This document shows positions 18,465 through 28,323 of a DNA stretch of 64,000 nt, one piece after another; within the stretch, counting starts at the first letter, position 1; every line of letters begins with the position of its first letter. The stretch lies in assembly GCA_964291215.2 (NCBI GenBank), contig OZ219790.1, positions 832,001 through 896,000 on the forward strand. Reading direction: 5' to 3'. The stretch comes from Alphaproteobacteria bacterium (GTDB taxonomy: Bacteria; Pseudomonadota; Alphaproteobacteria; MPNO01; UBA830). The notes under the pieces are model-generated. The model searched no databases and was not told the DNA's origin. It saw only the letters and a list, made by a program, of their open reading frames with translations. The translations under genes and the position numbers were made by a program.

Positions 18465-21410
18465 TCAGCGGCCATGGCGCCAGTCCCTCCGGCCTTCCTG
18501 CGAGGCGGCCTTCGGCGCGGGCGCCGTATCTTCCGCCGCGCCAACCTCCGGCTCCGCCGGCCGGTGGTGCGGGGCGTCGGGCGCGGCGTTCTCCGCGGTG
18601 CCGAACAGCTTGCCGGCGAGCCACTCGCCGATGAAGGGCAGGTTTTCCGTGGCGTGGCGCTCGAACGGCTTCTCCGTCTCGGCGGCGACGCCGGCGCGGC
18701 CTTCCCGGGCGTCCTCCCGCGCAATCGAAGTCCGCGCCTCGCGCCCGGCCTCGTTCACCGTCATGTCCGCCCCGGTCCCCGCGCGCCCGGCCGCCGCCTT
18801 CGCCTCGACCTCGCCGGGACCCGGCGCACCGGCAGCACGGGCCCGGTCGCGCACCCCTTCCGACCAGCCGGCATGGGCGGCGGCGGTCTCGCGGGCATAG
18901 GCCCCGGCCAGGGCGTCCCGCGCCACGCCGTATTCCGCCTCGCCGCCGACGCTGGCGGGATCGGGGCCGGCGGGGCCGGGGAAGCGCTCCTCGACAAACG
19001 CCGCGGCGTGCTGGCGCAGCATCCCGGCGTCCTCCGGGGTCTGCGGCGAGGCGATGCGGATCGCCCCGGCCGCTCCGATCGCCCGCCCGTCCGCACCGGT
19101 GCGCTCCGACAGCCAGGCGAAGAAGGGCTGGCCGAGATCGCGGTCGATGGCCCGGGCCTCGGAGCGCACCCGCGCGGCCTGCTCCGACCAGCTCTCCGAC
19201 TCCTGCCGGGCGAGCGAGGCGCGCTCCTCGAACCGGCGCATGTCCGTCAGGTTGGCGGCAAGGCTCTCCTCGAGCCCGGCATGCCCGCTCTCGCCCGTGC
19301 TCGTCGAGTAGCGCCGGGACGCCTCCGAGACCCGCGACCAGAGGTCGAGCACCTGGTGGCTCTCGGCATAATCCCGCATCCGGTCCCACGCTTCCTTGCC
19401 GATGGTCTGGCCGCGCCAGGAGGCCGAGCCGTCGGCGCCGAGCTTCGCGATGAAGTTCCAGCCGCCGCCGATCCGCGCCTCGCCTGCCAGGGTCGCCATC
19501 TCGTTCCTCGATATCCCGGCCGTCTCCGACATCCGCTCCAGATGCGATTCCAGCGCCTGCACCTGCGCGCTCTCGGTCTCGGTCACCCCCCGCGCATGCG
19601 CCTCGCCGGTCGAGACGTCGCGGGCGTAGCGCTCGGCGAGGCGGGTCGCGTCGCTGACCGCCGCGCTCCGCGCCGTGCCGGCCTCCGCCGAGAAGTGCCG
19701 CGAGAGGGTGCGCGCCTCGGCCGCGCGCTGTTCATGGCTCGCCGCGAGCGATTCGGAGAGCCGCACCGAGGCCGCCGGGATGCGGCTGGTGGCGGCGCCC
19801 ATGTCGGCGATGACCGCGCCGTCTCCCGCTACCGTCCAGGCCGCGCCGCCCGGGGCGTAGCCCGAGTGGCGGTCGGTATCGACCTGCGCGGAGGTGCGGA
19901 CCTGGCGCCCTTCGAGCGTCGCGTAACGGTGGGTGTCCTGGCTCGTGTTGCCGAGCGAGAGGTTGCCGGTCGCGCCCTCGTGGGCGGCGGACGAGGCCGC
20001 GTCCTGGCCGACGGCGAGCACCGAGGTCGCGAGCACGGTGGCCTTCGACAGCCCGTAGGCGAGCGCGGCGGCGAGGAACGGCACCGACATGGAGAGGTAG
20101 CCCGACATCACCGCGACGTCGGCCGCCACCGCCCGGATGCCGGCCTGGGCGACCAGCGAGATGCCCGCCTCGCCCCCCGGCATCAGCGCCGCGGCCTGCA
20201 TGCGCTCCGCCGCCTCGCCCATGGCGATGCGATGCAGCACCGCATAGAGCGGCCCCCAGGACTGGAGCCATATGAGCCCGGTCACCCAGGAGCGGAAGAT
20301 CGCGGCGCCGGCGGGGGTGAGCATCAGCAGCACGGCCATCGGGAAGGCGCCGACATAGAGGCACTCGAAGACGATCTTCAGCATCGGCACCCAGGTCTCG
20401 GCCTGGCGGCCGATGGCCCGGTAGGCCGACACGGTCTGGGCCTCGGCCCGCGCCTCGGTGTAGGCCCGCAAGGCTGCGGCGTTGCCCGCTTCCGCCGCCC
20501 ACTGCTCGCCGGCGCCGTGGACGGCGTTCAGCACCATCTGCTGGCGCATGATCTCCGCAGCCGATCGCGAGGCGCCGATCAGGAAGTCATGGGCGGCCGG
20601 CAGCGCGGCCATCAGCTCGGCGCGGGCGAGCGCGCCGGTGGCGGCGTCCGGGAACAGGCGGCGTCCGAACACCGCGCCCGCGCGTTGCAGTTCCGCGGCC
20701 CACTGCGCGTTCAGCGCCGCCGCTGCATCCGCGCAGGTCGCGATGCTGCGGTCGACGGTTCCCGAACCCGGGTTCCGTGCGGCGACCGCGACCATGCGCG
20801 CGGGCGAAGCGCCGGCCGAGGGCGTGCGCGCCGAGGTCACCAGGGTCCAGAGGTCGGTGGACTCGCGCAGCTCGTCGGCCGACACGTGGCCGAGCAGCAG
20901 GGCGTAGAACACGCACTGGCGCGAGAAGGCGCGGAGGTTGCGGGCGAACACCGCGTCGGTGACCTCGAGCCGGGTTGCGGCCGCGGCGAGCCGGGCGCCG
21001 AAGATGAGCCCGTGGCGCTGGTAGGCGAGGTCGTCCGGCAGCGCGAAGGCCTGCTCGGTGAGGCGGGTGAGCCCGTCGCCCACCTGCGAGGTGAGCGAGG
21101 CGAAGAGCGCGAGGCCGACAGGCACGTTGGCCACCACCGCGGGCGCCAGCGCCGGGTCGAGCCGGTCGACCACCCGCACCGTCGCCTTCGGCACGATCAT
21201 TGCGCCCCACACGGCGACGAACAGCAGGATCCATTTCGCGTTGTCCTTCCACGAGCCGCCGAAGGCGGTGCGGAACAGCACCCAGGCGAGACCGGCGACG
21301 CCGGCGAGCTGGGCCAGCACGACATAGGCGCCGCCGCCGGCGATCGCGGCGACCGCGTTCAGCAGGTCGACCAGGTAGGCCCCGCCGCCAAGGGTGAAGA
21401 TCTCGTGCAT
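18465..21410 (-). CDS. traG: F-type mating-pair stabilisation protein TraG
   Basis: Starts MHEIFTLGGGAYLVDLLNAVAA; VANVPVGLA, WLQSWGPLYAVLH, SMSVPFLA TraG_N motifs; 981 aa; follows traH. Confidence 0.9.
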   Translation of the reverse strand: MHEIFTLGGGAYLVDLLNAVAAIAGGGAYVVLAQLAGVAGLAWVLFRTAFGGSWKDNAKWILLFVAVWGAMIVPKATVRVVDRLDPALAPAVVANVPVGLALFASLTSQVGDGLTRLTEQAFALPDDLAYQRHGLIFGARLAAAATRLEVTDAVFARNLRAFSRQCVFYALLLGHVSADELRESTDLWTLVTSARTPSAGASPARMVAVAARNPGSGTVDRSIATCADAAAALNAQWAAELQRAGAVFGRRLFPDAATGALARAELMAALPAAHDFLIGASRSAAEIMRQQMVLNAVHGAGEQWAAEAGNAAALRAYTEARAEAQTVSAYRAIGRQAETWVPMLKIVFECLYVGAFPMAVLLMLTPAGAAIFRSWVTGLIWLQSWGPLYAVLHRIAMGEAAERMQAAALMPGGEAGISLVAQAGIRAVAADVAVMSGYLSMSVPFLAAALAYGLSKATVLATSVLAVGQDAASSAAHEGATGNLSLGNTSQDTHRYATLEGRQVRTSAQVDTDRHSGYAPGGAAWTVAGDGAVIADMGAATSRIPAASVRLSESLAASHEQRAAEARTLSRHFSAEAGTARSAAVSDATRLAERYARDVSTGEAHARGVTETESAQVQALESHLERMSETAGISRNEMATLAGEARIGGGWNFIAKLGADGSASWRGQTIGKEAWDRMRDYAESHQVLDLWSRVSEASRRYSTSTGESGHAGLEESLAANLTDMRRFEERASLARQESESWSEQAARVRSEARAIDRDLGQPFFAWLSERTGADGRAIGAAGAIRIASPQTPEDAGMLRQHAAAFVEERFPGPAGPDPASVGGEAEYGVARDALAGAYARETAAAHAGWSEGVRDRARAAGAPGPGEVEAKAAAGRAGTGADMTVNEAGREARTSIAREDAREGRAGVAAETEKPFERHATENLPFIGEWLAGKLFGTAENAAPDAPHHRPAEPEVGAAEDTAPAPKAASQEGRRDWRHGR

Positions 21411-21433
21411 GCCCGGTCCCGTCCCCGCCGTTC

Positions 21434-22861
21434 CTACCGCGCGGCGGCGCCCGCGCCGCCGCGCGCGAACGCGAGCGCGGCGCGGAGGTCGGCCGAGAGC
21501 GCGCCGGCGAGTTCGGTCTCGATCAGGCGCAGCTTCTCGACCACGGCCAAGGCCGTGTTGAAGCGGGCGAGGCCCTGCGAGCGGTGCCGGGCGAGCGCCG
21601 CCCGGTTGGCGCGCAAGCCCGCGCGCCAGCGCTCGAGCTGCTCCCCGTCGGCGATGTCCAGCGCCCCCGCGCGCTCCTCGACCGCGCGGTGCAGGTCCGC
21701 GATCCAGACCTGCAGCAGGTCGAGCGCGACCGCCTCGGCGAGCGCGTCGATCTCCGCATCGATGACCGCGCCGCGATAGGCCGCCGCCGCGTTGATGACC
21801 CGGTAGACCGGGAGCGTGGTGAGGTTGACGAGCCCGAGCGCGTCCGCCGGCGGCGCGGTGTCGGTGCGCACCGCTTCCGCGAGCCGGCGCAGCAGGCCGG
21901 CCACCCGCGCCCGGAAGCCCCGGTCGGCCGGGACGGAGACGGTCCCGGGCGCCGGGTTGAGGCAGCGCGCGGTCTCGTCGCAGCGGTAGACCGGCAGCGC
22001 GCCGCCGCCCTCCATCAGCGCCTCGGTCACGCGCCGGTCCAGCGCCAGCGGCTGAAGGAGTCGCACCCGGGGACCGGCGGTGTCGGCGTCCGAGGTCGGC
22101 GCGGTGACGATCACCGTGCCCGAGACCGACATGGCGAACTCGGCGAGTCGGGTGTCGCCCGCGAGGAAGGACGAGGCCTGCACCGCCTTCCAGGCGTAGT
22201 TGACATTGACCGGCGCCTGGTCGGCCATCGGCCCGGCGGCGGCGGCGAGCGTCGAGTTGCGCCGGCCCCCGGCGCCGCAGCCGTGCCGGGCGGCGGCGTA
22301 GTCCGGGAAGATGCCCTGGGATGTGCCGATCGCGGCGCAGATGGCGGCGGACGCCCGGTCGTTCTTCGCCCACGCCGCGCCGACCAGCGCCTGGGCGGTC
22401 TCGCAGCTGTTCAGGTTCTGCGCGTTCACCCACTGGGCGAGTGCGCGGAGCTTCGCCATGGTCTCGGCGATCACCGGCGAGATGGTCTCCAGCGCCAGCT
22501 CGAAGGCGAAGCCCGCGGCGTTCTGCGCCACCGCGCGGCCGAAGGCGATCAGCTGGTCCGAGTCGATGAACGAGAACGCGCCGGCGAAGGCGTCGATGCC
22601 GCCGCAGCCGGCGCGGAACGAGGGCAGGTTCACCGTCGCGACCTGCTCGGCCCGCACCGGAGCGCGCATGTAGAGGTTGCCCAGCGTCCAGTGGCCCGAG
22701 GCCTGGCCGTCGAAGGCGGTCGGCCCGGTGGTGTTGACCGCCGCCCCCTGCCAGAAGCGGTTCATCTCCGAGAGCACGTCGGCCCGCGCGGGCAAGGCGG
22801 CGATTGCCAGCGTGGCAGATGCCAGCGCCACGGTGGCAACCCTCTTCCATTCAATAGTCAT
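21434..22861 (-). CDS. traH: F-type pilus assembly protein TraH
   Basis: Signal peptide; NTTGPTAFDGQ, LPSFRAGCGGIDAFAGAFSFI, NLNSCETAQ. Confidence 0.92.
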   Translation of the reverse strand: MTIEWKRVATVALASATLAIAALPARADVLSEMNRFWQGAAVNTTGPTAFDGQASGHWTLGNLYMRAPVRAEQVATVNLPSFRAGCGGIDAFAGAFSFIDSDQLIAFGRAVAQNAAGFAFELALETISPVIAETMAKLRALAQWVNAQNLNSCETAQALVGAAWAKNDRASAAICAAIGTSQGIFPDYAAARHGCGAGGRRNSTLAAAAGPMADQAPVNVNYAWKAVQASSFLAGDTRLAEFAMSVSGTVIVTAPTSDADTAGPRVRLLQPLALDRRVTEALMEGGGALPVYRCDETARCLNPAPGTVSVPADRGFRARVAGLLRRLAEAVRTDTAPPADALGLVNLTTLPVYRVINAAAAYRGAVIDAEIDALAEAVALDLLQVWIADLHRAVEERAGALDIADGEQLERWRAGLRANRAALARHRSQGLARFNTALAVVEKLRLIETELAGALSADLRAALAFARGGAGAAAR

Positions 22862-23693
22862 GTCCGGGCTCCAGGGCGGTGAGGGCGAAGATGCGCTCGG
22901 CGATCTCGTCCTCGGCCATGACGCCGAAGCCGACAGGGAGCACGCGTTTCGTCTTCGTGTCGAACAGCACCAGGGCCGGGACCGGGGCGTTGCCGAGGCC
23001 GAGCCGGGCGGCGCGCCCCCGATCGGCGACCGCCTCGGGCCAGCCCTCCAGCGCCTCGCCGGTGAGCGAGACGGCCAGCACCTCGAGCCCGTGGCGCATG
23101 GCGAAAGCGCGCAGGATCGGCCCGAACACCCGGCACGCCGCGCATGCTGCGTGGCCGAGATAGATGAGGCCGTAGCGCTCGCCCAGGTTCGCGAGCGCGG
23201 CGTCGCGCGCCCGTTTTCGTTCGTCCGACCAGACCTGCCTGGCGAGCGCGCCGACCGGGCGCCTCAGCGTGTAGTCGAGCTCCGGCGTCGCCCAGACGGT
23301 GCGCCGGAAGGCGTCGGAGAAGGTCGCGGCCCGTTGCAGGGTCTCCTGCTGGAGGCGCAGATAGGCGGTCACCTTGGCCGGGGTCGGATCGAGGATCGCT
23401 TCCGCCCGCGCCTCTTCCAGCGCCCTGCGCACCGCCTCGATGCGCGCGGACGCGGATTGCGCGGTATCGGGAGAGGAGGGTGTCGGTGGCACGGGCGCCG
23501 GTTCGGCCTCTTGCACTTCCTCTTGCCGGTCGCAGTAGAAATGCCAGCCGAGCGAGGCGCCGGCGCCCTCATCGGCGCACCAGCCGCGCCATTCGCCTGC
23601 CGCCGCAGGAGAACCCAGCGCTACCCAGACCGCCGTTGCGGCGAGGACGTGCTTCAGGGCATGCAGGGCGGTGTATTCCGGTCCCGGCGCCAT
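22851..23693 (-). CDS. traF: F-type conjugal transfer protein TraF (thioredoxin-like)
   Basis: GWHFYCD, AILDPT, CAAC thioredoxin-like motif, VPALVL, GFGVMAEDEI; TGATG coupling with traN. Confidence 0.88.
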   Translation of the reverse strand: MAPGPEYTALHALKHVLAATAVWVALGSPAAAGEWRGWCADEGAGASLGWHFYCDRQEEVQEAEPAPVPPTPSSPDTAQSASARIEAVRRALEEARAEAILDPTPAKVTAYLRLQQETLQRAATFSDAFRRTVWATPELDYTLRRPVGALARQVWSDERKRARDAALANLGERYGLIYLGHAACAACRVFGPILRAFAMRHGLEVLAVSLTGEALEGWPEAVADRGRAARLGLGNAPVPALVLFDTKTKRVLPVGFGVMAEDEIAERIFALTALEPGHDY

Positions 23694-24838
23694 CACTGCC
23701 CCCGCCGGTAGAAGTCGCGGATGCGCGTGCGCATGACCTGGCCGGTGTCGCCGGCGTCCGGCAGCGAGACCGACGGCTCCCTCGATCCGTCCATCAGGTC
23801 CTCGGCGAACTCCGACAGGTCGAGGCGGGCGAAGTCGATGCTCTCGATCTCCGCGACGGTGAAGCCCCGGCAGTTCGACCAGCCGATGCCGAGCTGGGCG
23901 CGGCCCTGCTGCTGGAGGAGGCGCCCGAGCTTCGATCCGAACACGCACCAGGCGCGCGAGTGGCGGAGGCAGACGCCGAAGAAGGCGCGCTTCGAGCAGT
24001 AGCGGCCGAGATAGTGGGTGTTGCCGGCGTTGCGCTCCCCGGCGAGCTCGATCTCGGAGGCCGAGCAGTTGCCGAGCCCGGCCAGCAGGCCGGAGTTCCT
24101 GCAGCAGTTCGCGAGCCCGAACAGCCTGATGTGGCAGGCCCGGCGCTCCCCGGTGAAGAAGCGCATGTCCTGGCGGTCGAACTCATCGCCGCCGAGCTCG
24201 ACCGCCATGTTCAACCGGGTCGCCGCGTTCACGAAACCGGCGTTGGCCTCCGGCCGCACGGTCTCGCAGCCGGCGCCGACGCAGTACGTGACCTGCCCGC
24301 AGGTCCCGCCGGCGTCCGCATCCTGAAGGTCCGCCCCGCATTCGGCGGCGCTGCCGGACGCGAGGCCGCCCGCGCCGTGTGTCGCCGACTGCGGCGAAGC
24401 CGCGACGGTCTCCGAACGCCGCACCATCGGATCGTTCGCCGGCACGCTCGCCGGGGGCCAGTCCGTCGTGCCGCGGACCACCACGCGCCCGGCCGCGCCG
24501 CCGGGATCGCCCGGATCGGCGAGCCGGGCGCGGGCCGCGTCCTGGAGGCGGCCCGCGCCGATGCGGCGCTCCGGCAAGTCCGTGCCGGCATGACCCGGCA
24601 CGTCTGCCGCGCTGGAGGCATCCCGTGCGATCGTCCGCGCCGCCGCATTGCCCGCAATGCCGACGGCGCGCGCGGCCTCTTTCGGATCTTCGGCCCGGGC
24701 CGCCATGCCCGACACCGCCCACAGCGTCAGGCAGACCAGCGCGAACATGGCGATCCAGGTCAGCAGACGGACGATCCGCGTTCCGCGGTCCAGCGCGACC
24801 TCGATGCGGTCGCGGGGAAATTCTGATTGTTCCGTCAT
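23693..24838 (-). CDS. traN: Mating-pair stabilisation protein TraN (short form)
   Basis: Cys-rich C-terminus FTGERRAC...NCC...YCSK...CVFGSKLGRLLQQQGRAQLG...CRGFT...IDFARLDLSE. Confidence 0.85.
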   Translation of the reverse strand: MTEQSEFPRDRIEVALDRGTRIVRLLTWIAMFALVCLTLWAVSGMAARAEDPKEAARAVGIAGNAAARTIARDASSAADVPGHAGTDLPERRIGAGRLQDAARARLADPGDPGGAAGRVVVRGTTDWPPASVPANDPMVRRSETVAASPQSATHGAGGLASGSAAECGADLQDADAGGTCGQVTYCVGAGCETVRPEANAGFVNAATRLNMAVELGGDEFDRQDMRFFTGERRACHIRLFGLANCCRNSGLLAGLGNCSASEIELAGERNAGNTHYLGRYCSKRAFFGVCLRHSRAWCVFGSKLGRLLQQQGRAQLGIGWSNCRGFTVAEIESIDFARLDLSEFAEDLMDGSREPSVSLPDAGDTGQVMRTRIRDFYRRGQ

Positions 24839-25581
24839 GGCCGGTCCTCCCCGTGCAGGCGTTGCAGATGTCGCCGGACCGCCGCTCGCGCGACCTCCCC
24901 TTCTCCGGCAACGGCCTCCAGAGCGGCCACAAGGCCGATGTTGCCGGTTACGCGGTCATGGGGCGGCGCCGGGTCCTCCGCGCAGCCCCGGCTCTCGCAA
25001 GGCGGCACACCGCCCGGCACGACCACCACCGCCGGCACGCGCGTCACGCCGAACAGGCGGAACAGGCGCGGATCGATGGCGACCCCGGCCGCCGCCCCGC
25101 CGAGGCGCGCACCGATTTCCTTCGCGGCAGCGGGCAGTCCGTTTTCGCCAACGCCGCGCAGCACCAGCGGCGCGCCCGTCTTCGCGGCCTCGCGCGCCCA
25201 TTGCCGCCACGATGCCGCCGGCACCGACAGGCTGGTGAAGATGAGCACTTCCGCCGTGCCGGCGCGCCCGGCCCCAATCCCGGCAAGACGTTCCGCATGA
25301 CGCTCGGCCGGAAGGGGAGACGTCTTCCCGGACCGGCCAGGCACAGTCTGCCGTGCGGCCTCGCCGGCGCGTCGGAGTGCGCGGTCGAGGATCGAACGGG
25401 TCCACTCGCCGAGCGGCTCCCCGTCCTTGCCGCCCGCCTTGCGCAGCACCTCCTCGACCAGGCGGGCCGCGTCCGGACTGCCCGCGGGCGGCCGTTCATC
25501 CGCCCGGGCAAGCCCGGCCGCCGCGGCCAGAACGGCGGCGAGGGCGAGGATGTTTCGGGGCAGGAAAAGGGCGGCTGTCAT
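24835..25581 (-). CDS. trbC: F-type pilin assembly protein TrbC
   Basis: IFTSLSVP, LVLRG, IDPRLFRLFGVTRVPAVV, DRVTGNI motifs; between traU and traN. Confidence 0.87.
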   Translation of the reverse strand: MTAALFLPRNILALAAVLAAAAGLARADERPPAGSPDAARLVEEVLRKAGGKDGEPLGEWTRSILDRALRRAGEAARQTVPGRSGKTSPLPAERHAERLAGIGAGRAGTAEVLIFTSLSVPAASWRQWAREAAKTGAPLVLRGVGENGLPAAAKEIGARLGGAAAGVAIDPRLFRLFGVTRVPAVVVVPGGVPPCESRGCAEDPAPPHDRVTGNIGLVAALEAVAGEGEVARAAVRRHLQRLHGEDRP

Positions 25582-25621
25582 GGCGTCTTCGCCTTTCGAT
25601 GTCTTCGGTTTTCCAACGGGT

Positions 25622-26623
25622 TCAGAGCAAACAGCAGTTGCGCTTGCGCCACAGCAGGTAGCCGAAGCTCTCGCCCGCAACCGGCAGTTCACGGAGTGTC
25701 TCCCAGAGCACCGAGGAGCGCCCCGTGGGGTTGCAGCCGGTCATCGGCGTGGTCGCCGGCACGGGCTGGGTCATCTGCCAGCGGTACTGGCTCTTCTTCA
25801 TCACCGGCATCGGATAGCGCCCGCAGAGCGCGGCGGAACCCGAGGTGCCCCAGGCGAGCCCGGCGCGGTGCAGCCGGTAGACCAGGCGCTGGGCCGCCAG
25901 CAGCGAGGCCTGCACGCCGCCGACATGGGCCGCGACATTGCCGGTCAGCGGATACATCCCGCCCTGGCAGCCGGCGCACCAGAACAGCGCATCCAGCGGC
26001 AACCCCGCGGAGGACGCGGCGCAGTCGGCGGCGCAGGCCGCCTGGGCCGGCAGGTTGGCGAACAGCGCCGCCTCGGGGTTCAACAGGAAGGTGAGCTCGT
26101 CGTCGAGCCATGTCGGGTCGAGCTCCGAGGCCCAGGCGATGTCGAGCGAGCCGCCCTCCAGGCAGCCGAGGTCGAGCAGCGCGCCGATCCAGGACAAGAG
26201 CGGATACATGTAATAGTGCGCGTGCCAGACCGAGCCTTGCGCGCCGTCGCCGCCGGAGGAGCCTGTACGGCCCCGCGCCGCCGGCAGTCCGGGATCGACG
26301 GTGAGCCCGCCGAGGTTGGGGAAGCACCAGGGGGTACGGGTCGCGTCCACCAGCCGCGCCGGCTCCCAGACCCCGAGCGCGAGCCCGATGCGGGGAATGG
26401 GCGAGCCGCAGAGGCAGACCGGCGAGGACGGGTTCGGCGTGTCCGGCGCCCCCGCCGCGCTGCCGATGGCGATCGGCCCGATCGAGATCGGGAACAGGCA
26501 CTCCCAGCACACGTCCGAGACCGGGTTGACGAACCGCCCGGTGCAGGACTGCGCCCAGGCCGCGCCGGACCAGAGCAGCACCGCGAAGGCCAGCACGGCC
26601 GGAAGGGCGAAGCGGCAACTCAT
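25622..26623 (-). CDS. traU: Conjugal transfer protein TraU
   Basis: CTGRFVNPVSDVCWECLFPI, WEPARLVD, SELDPTW, CAGCQG, ends YLLWRKRNCC. Confidence 0.93.
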   Translation of the reverse strand: MSCRFALPAVLAFAVLLWSGAAWAQSCTGRFVNPVSDVCWECLFPISIGPIAIGSAAGAPDTPNPSSPVCLCGSPIPRIGLALGVWEPARLVDATRTPWCFPNLGGLTVDPGLPAARGRTGSSGGDGAQGSVWHAHYYMYPLLSWIGALLDLGCLEGGSLDIAWASELDPTWLDDELTFLLNPEAALFANLPAQAACAADCAASSAGLPLDALFWCAGCQGGMYPLTGNVAAHVGGVQASLLAAQRLVYRLHRAGLAWGTSGSAALCGRYPMPVMKKSQYRWQMTQPVPATTPMTGCNPTGRSSVLWETLRELPVAGESFGYLLWRKRNCCLL

Positions 26624-27012
26624 TCCGGCGCCCCCGAACCCGGCCGCCGCGCCGACAGCATGTTGACCGTGCCCTGTCTGCCGGCGACGACGATTTCGGT
26701 CACCGTCCGGGCCACGTCCTCCCGGTCGCGCCAGGCGCGCGTCGCGATGCGACCCCCGGATCGAGTCCGGGGCAGGCTCTCGACCATCACCCGGTCGCCC
26801 TTCCTCAGCATCGTCTCCACCGCCGCGACCGCGGGGCCGTAAACGACAATCCGGCGCCACTCGGTGGCCTCGGCGGGTTTGCCCTCCCGGTCCTTCCATT
26901 TCTCCGTGGTGGCGAGCGTGAAGCTGGCGGCCTTCTCGCCGTTCGCAAGAGTGCGGACCTCCAGATCGCGGCCGGCATGGCCCACCAGGGTCGCCCGGTT
27001 CATGTTCAGCAT
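26620..27012 (-). CDS. ssb: Single-stranded DNA-binding protein (with 8-aa palindrome-encoded insertion)
   Basis: MNRATLVGHAGRD, LATTEKWKD, TEWRRIVVYG, LRKGDRVMVE, TEIV; lacks the acidic DDIPF tail. Confidence 0.88.
   Translation of the reverse strand: MLNMNRATLVGHAGRDLEVRTLANGEKAASFTLATTEKWKDREGKPAEATEWRRIVVYGPAVAAVETMLRKGDRVMVESLPRTRSGGRIATRAWRDREDVARTVTEIVVAGRQGTVNMLSARRPGSGAPE
26755..26778 (-). repeat. 24-bp palindromic element inserted in frame in ssb
   Basis: Minus strand AGCCTGCCCCGGACTCGATCCGGG (hairpin CCCCGGA-CTCGA-TCCGGGG) encodes SLPRTRSG, splitting the SSB motif VE|GRI. Confidence 0.7.
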
Positions 27013-27016
27013 GGTT

Positions 27017-27712
27017 TCAGTCCTTCTGTCGGGGGTTTGTCCCGGCCTCCGGGCCTGGATCGTCCCGGCTCTCGACCGGGATTTCGGTAATGCGCAGCCG
27101 CGTTCCTGCCTGCTCGACCAGGCTCGGCGTGAACCGGAGGCCGAACCGCGCGGCGAGCCGCCCGCCCCGGTCGAAGAAGAAGGGCCGGCCGTGCCGCCGC
27201 ATGAGGTCGAGCGGCCGCCCGGCGAGCAGCACGACCTTCGCGGATCGCCCGCTTTCGTCTTCATGTGCGAGCGCCCAGGCGATCTCGGCCTCGCGCCTGC
27301 CGTCGACGAACAGCAGGTCGCGGGCGATCCCGAACCGCTCCAGCGGGTTGACCCGCGTGCCGGCGGCGGCGATGAGAGCGCCGCCCGGCGTGCTTATGTC
27401 GCGCGCGACCGTGATGGCCGGATCGAACAGCCGGCTGCGTTCTTCCAGTGCCGGTGCGATACCCGGGAGCGGATCGGGTTCCTCCAGCTTCCGCCGGGCA
27501 TTGGCGCGGGCTTCGTCTTCCAGGCGCGCCAGGGCCCCCGATCGCTGCATTTCCAGCAATCGCACCTCGATCTCCACCAGCAGGTCGGGCTCGGCCACCG
27601 GCCAGGTCGCGCCGCGCACGCCGAGATCCTTCGCGGATGCGGGGAAGGGGACGCCGGCGGCTGGCAGGACGGCCAGTGCCGCGGCGAGCAGCAGGGCGGC
27701 AGGGCGCATCAT
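27017..27712 (-). CDS. traW: F-type conjugal transfer protein TraW
   Basis: Signal peptide then DLGVRGATWPVAEPDLL, FDPAI, GTRVNPL, FFDRGGRL. Confidence 0.9.
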   Translation of the reverse strand: MMRPAALLLAAALAVLPAAGVPFPASAKDLGVRGATWPVAEPDLLVEIEVRLLEMQRSGALARLEDEARANARRKLEEPDPLPGIAPALEERSRLFDPAITVARDISTPGGALIAAAGTRVNPLERFGIARDLLFVDGRREAEIAWALAHEDESGRSAKVVLLAGRPLDLMRRHGRPFFFDRGGRLAARFGLRFTPSLVEQAGTRLRITEIPVESRDDPGPEAGTNPRQKD

Positions 27713-28323
27713 CGCGGCATCACCGCTGTCGGCGCCGCCGCGGCGTCGTCCAACGGGTGCGGCAGGATCGGCGCATGCCCGTTCTCGCCGGTCTCTTCCG
27801 GCCCAATCAGCGGTCCGTTCAGGCCCAGCCAGGGCAGGTCCGGCAGCGCCAGGGCGCGGCCGAGGATGCGCGAGCGGGGCACGAGCCCGATCTCCGCATA
27901 GCGGCTGTCGTGGCTGTCGACATGATCGGCGTGCAGGTAGTAATGCCCCGGCGGGACGATCCCGGGCGCGATGGCCCGGAGCGGCCGCCCGTCCAGCGCA
28001 TGCGGCTTGGCGCGGCCGGCGGGCCCGCCGTCGAGCGTGACCGTGCCGTCCGCCCCGACCTCGATGCGCATGCCCGGCACGCCGCGCACGGTCTTGAGAT
28101 ACGGTATCGGCGCGTTCACGGACAGGTCGAACAGCACCCGGTCGCCGACCGCGGGGTCCGCGCCGAACAGCGGGAAGGCGGCGTAGCCCCAGGCTTCGTC
28201 CGACCAGCTCGCATTGACATGCACGCGCGAGGCCGCGAGCAGCCACATGCCGGCCAGCGCCGCCAGCACGGTCAGGCCGATCCGGGCCCGGCGCGTATCG
28301 CGCGATGCCTCCCGCGCGATCAT
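27709..28323 (-). CDS. S26-family signal peptidase (pilin maturation, TrhF-like)
   Basis: VNASWS (Ser), YLKTVRGVPG (Lys), SHDSRY...GLVP. Confidence 0.82.
   Translation of the reverse strand: MIAREASRDTRRARIGLTVLAALAGMWLLAASRVHVNASWSDEAWGYAAFPLFGADPAVGDRVLFDLSVNAPIPYLKTVRGVPGMRIEVGADGTVTLDGGPAGRAKPHALDGRPLRAIAPGIVPPGHYYLHADHVDSHDSRYAEIGLVPRSRILGRALALPDLPWLGLNGPLIGPEETGENGHAPILPHPLDDAAAAPTAVMPR

Noticed and set aside
21411-22850. N-terminal 480-aa extension of the 1461-aa ORF containing TraG
   Set aside because: Overlaps traH in another frame; TraG homology begins at MHEIFTLGG (21410).
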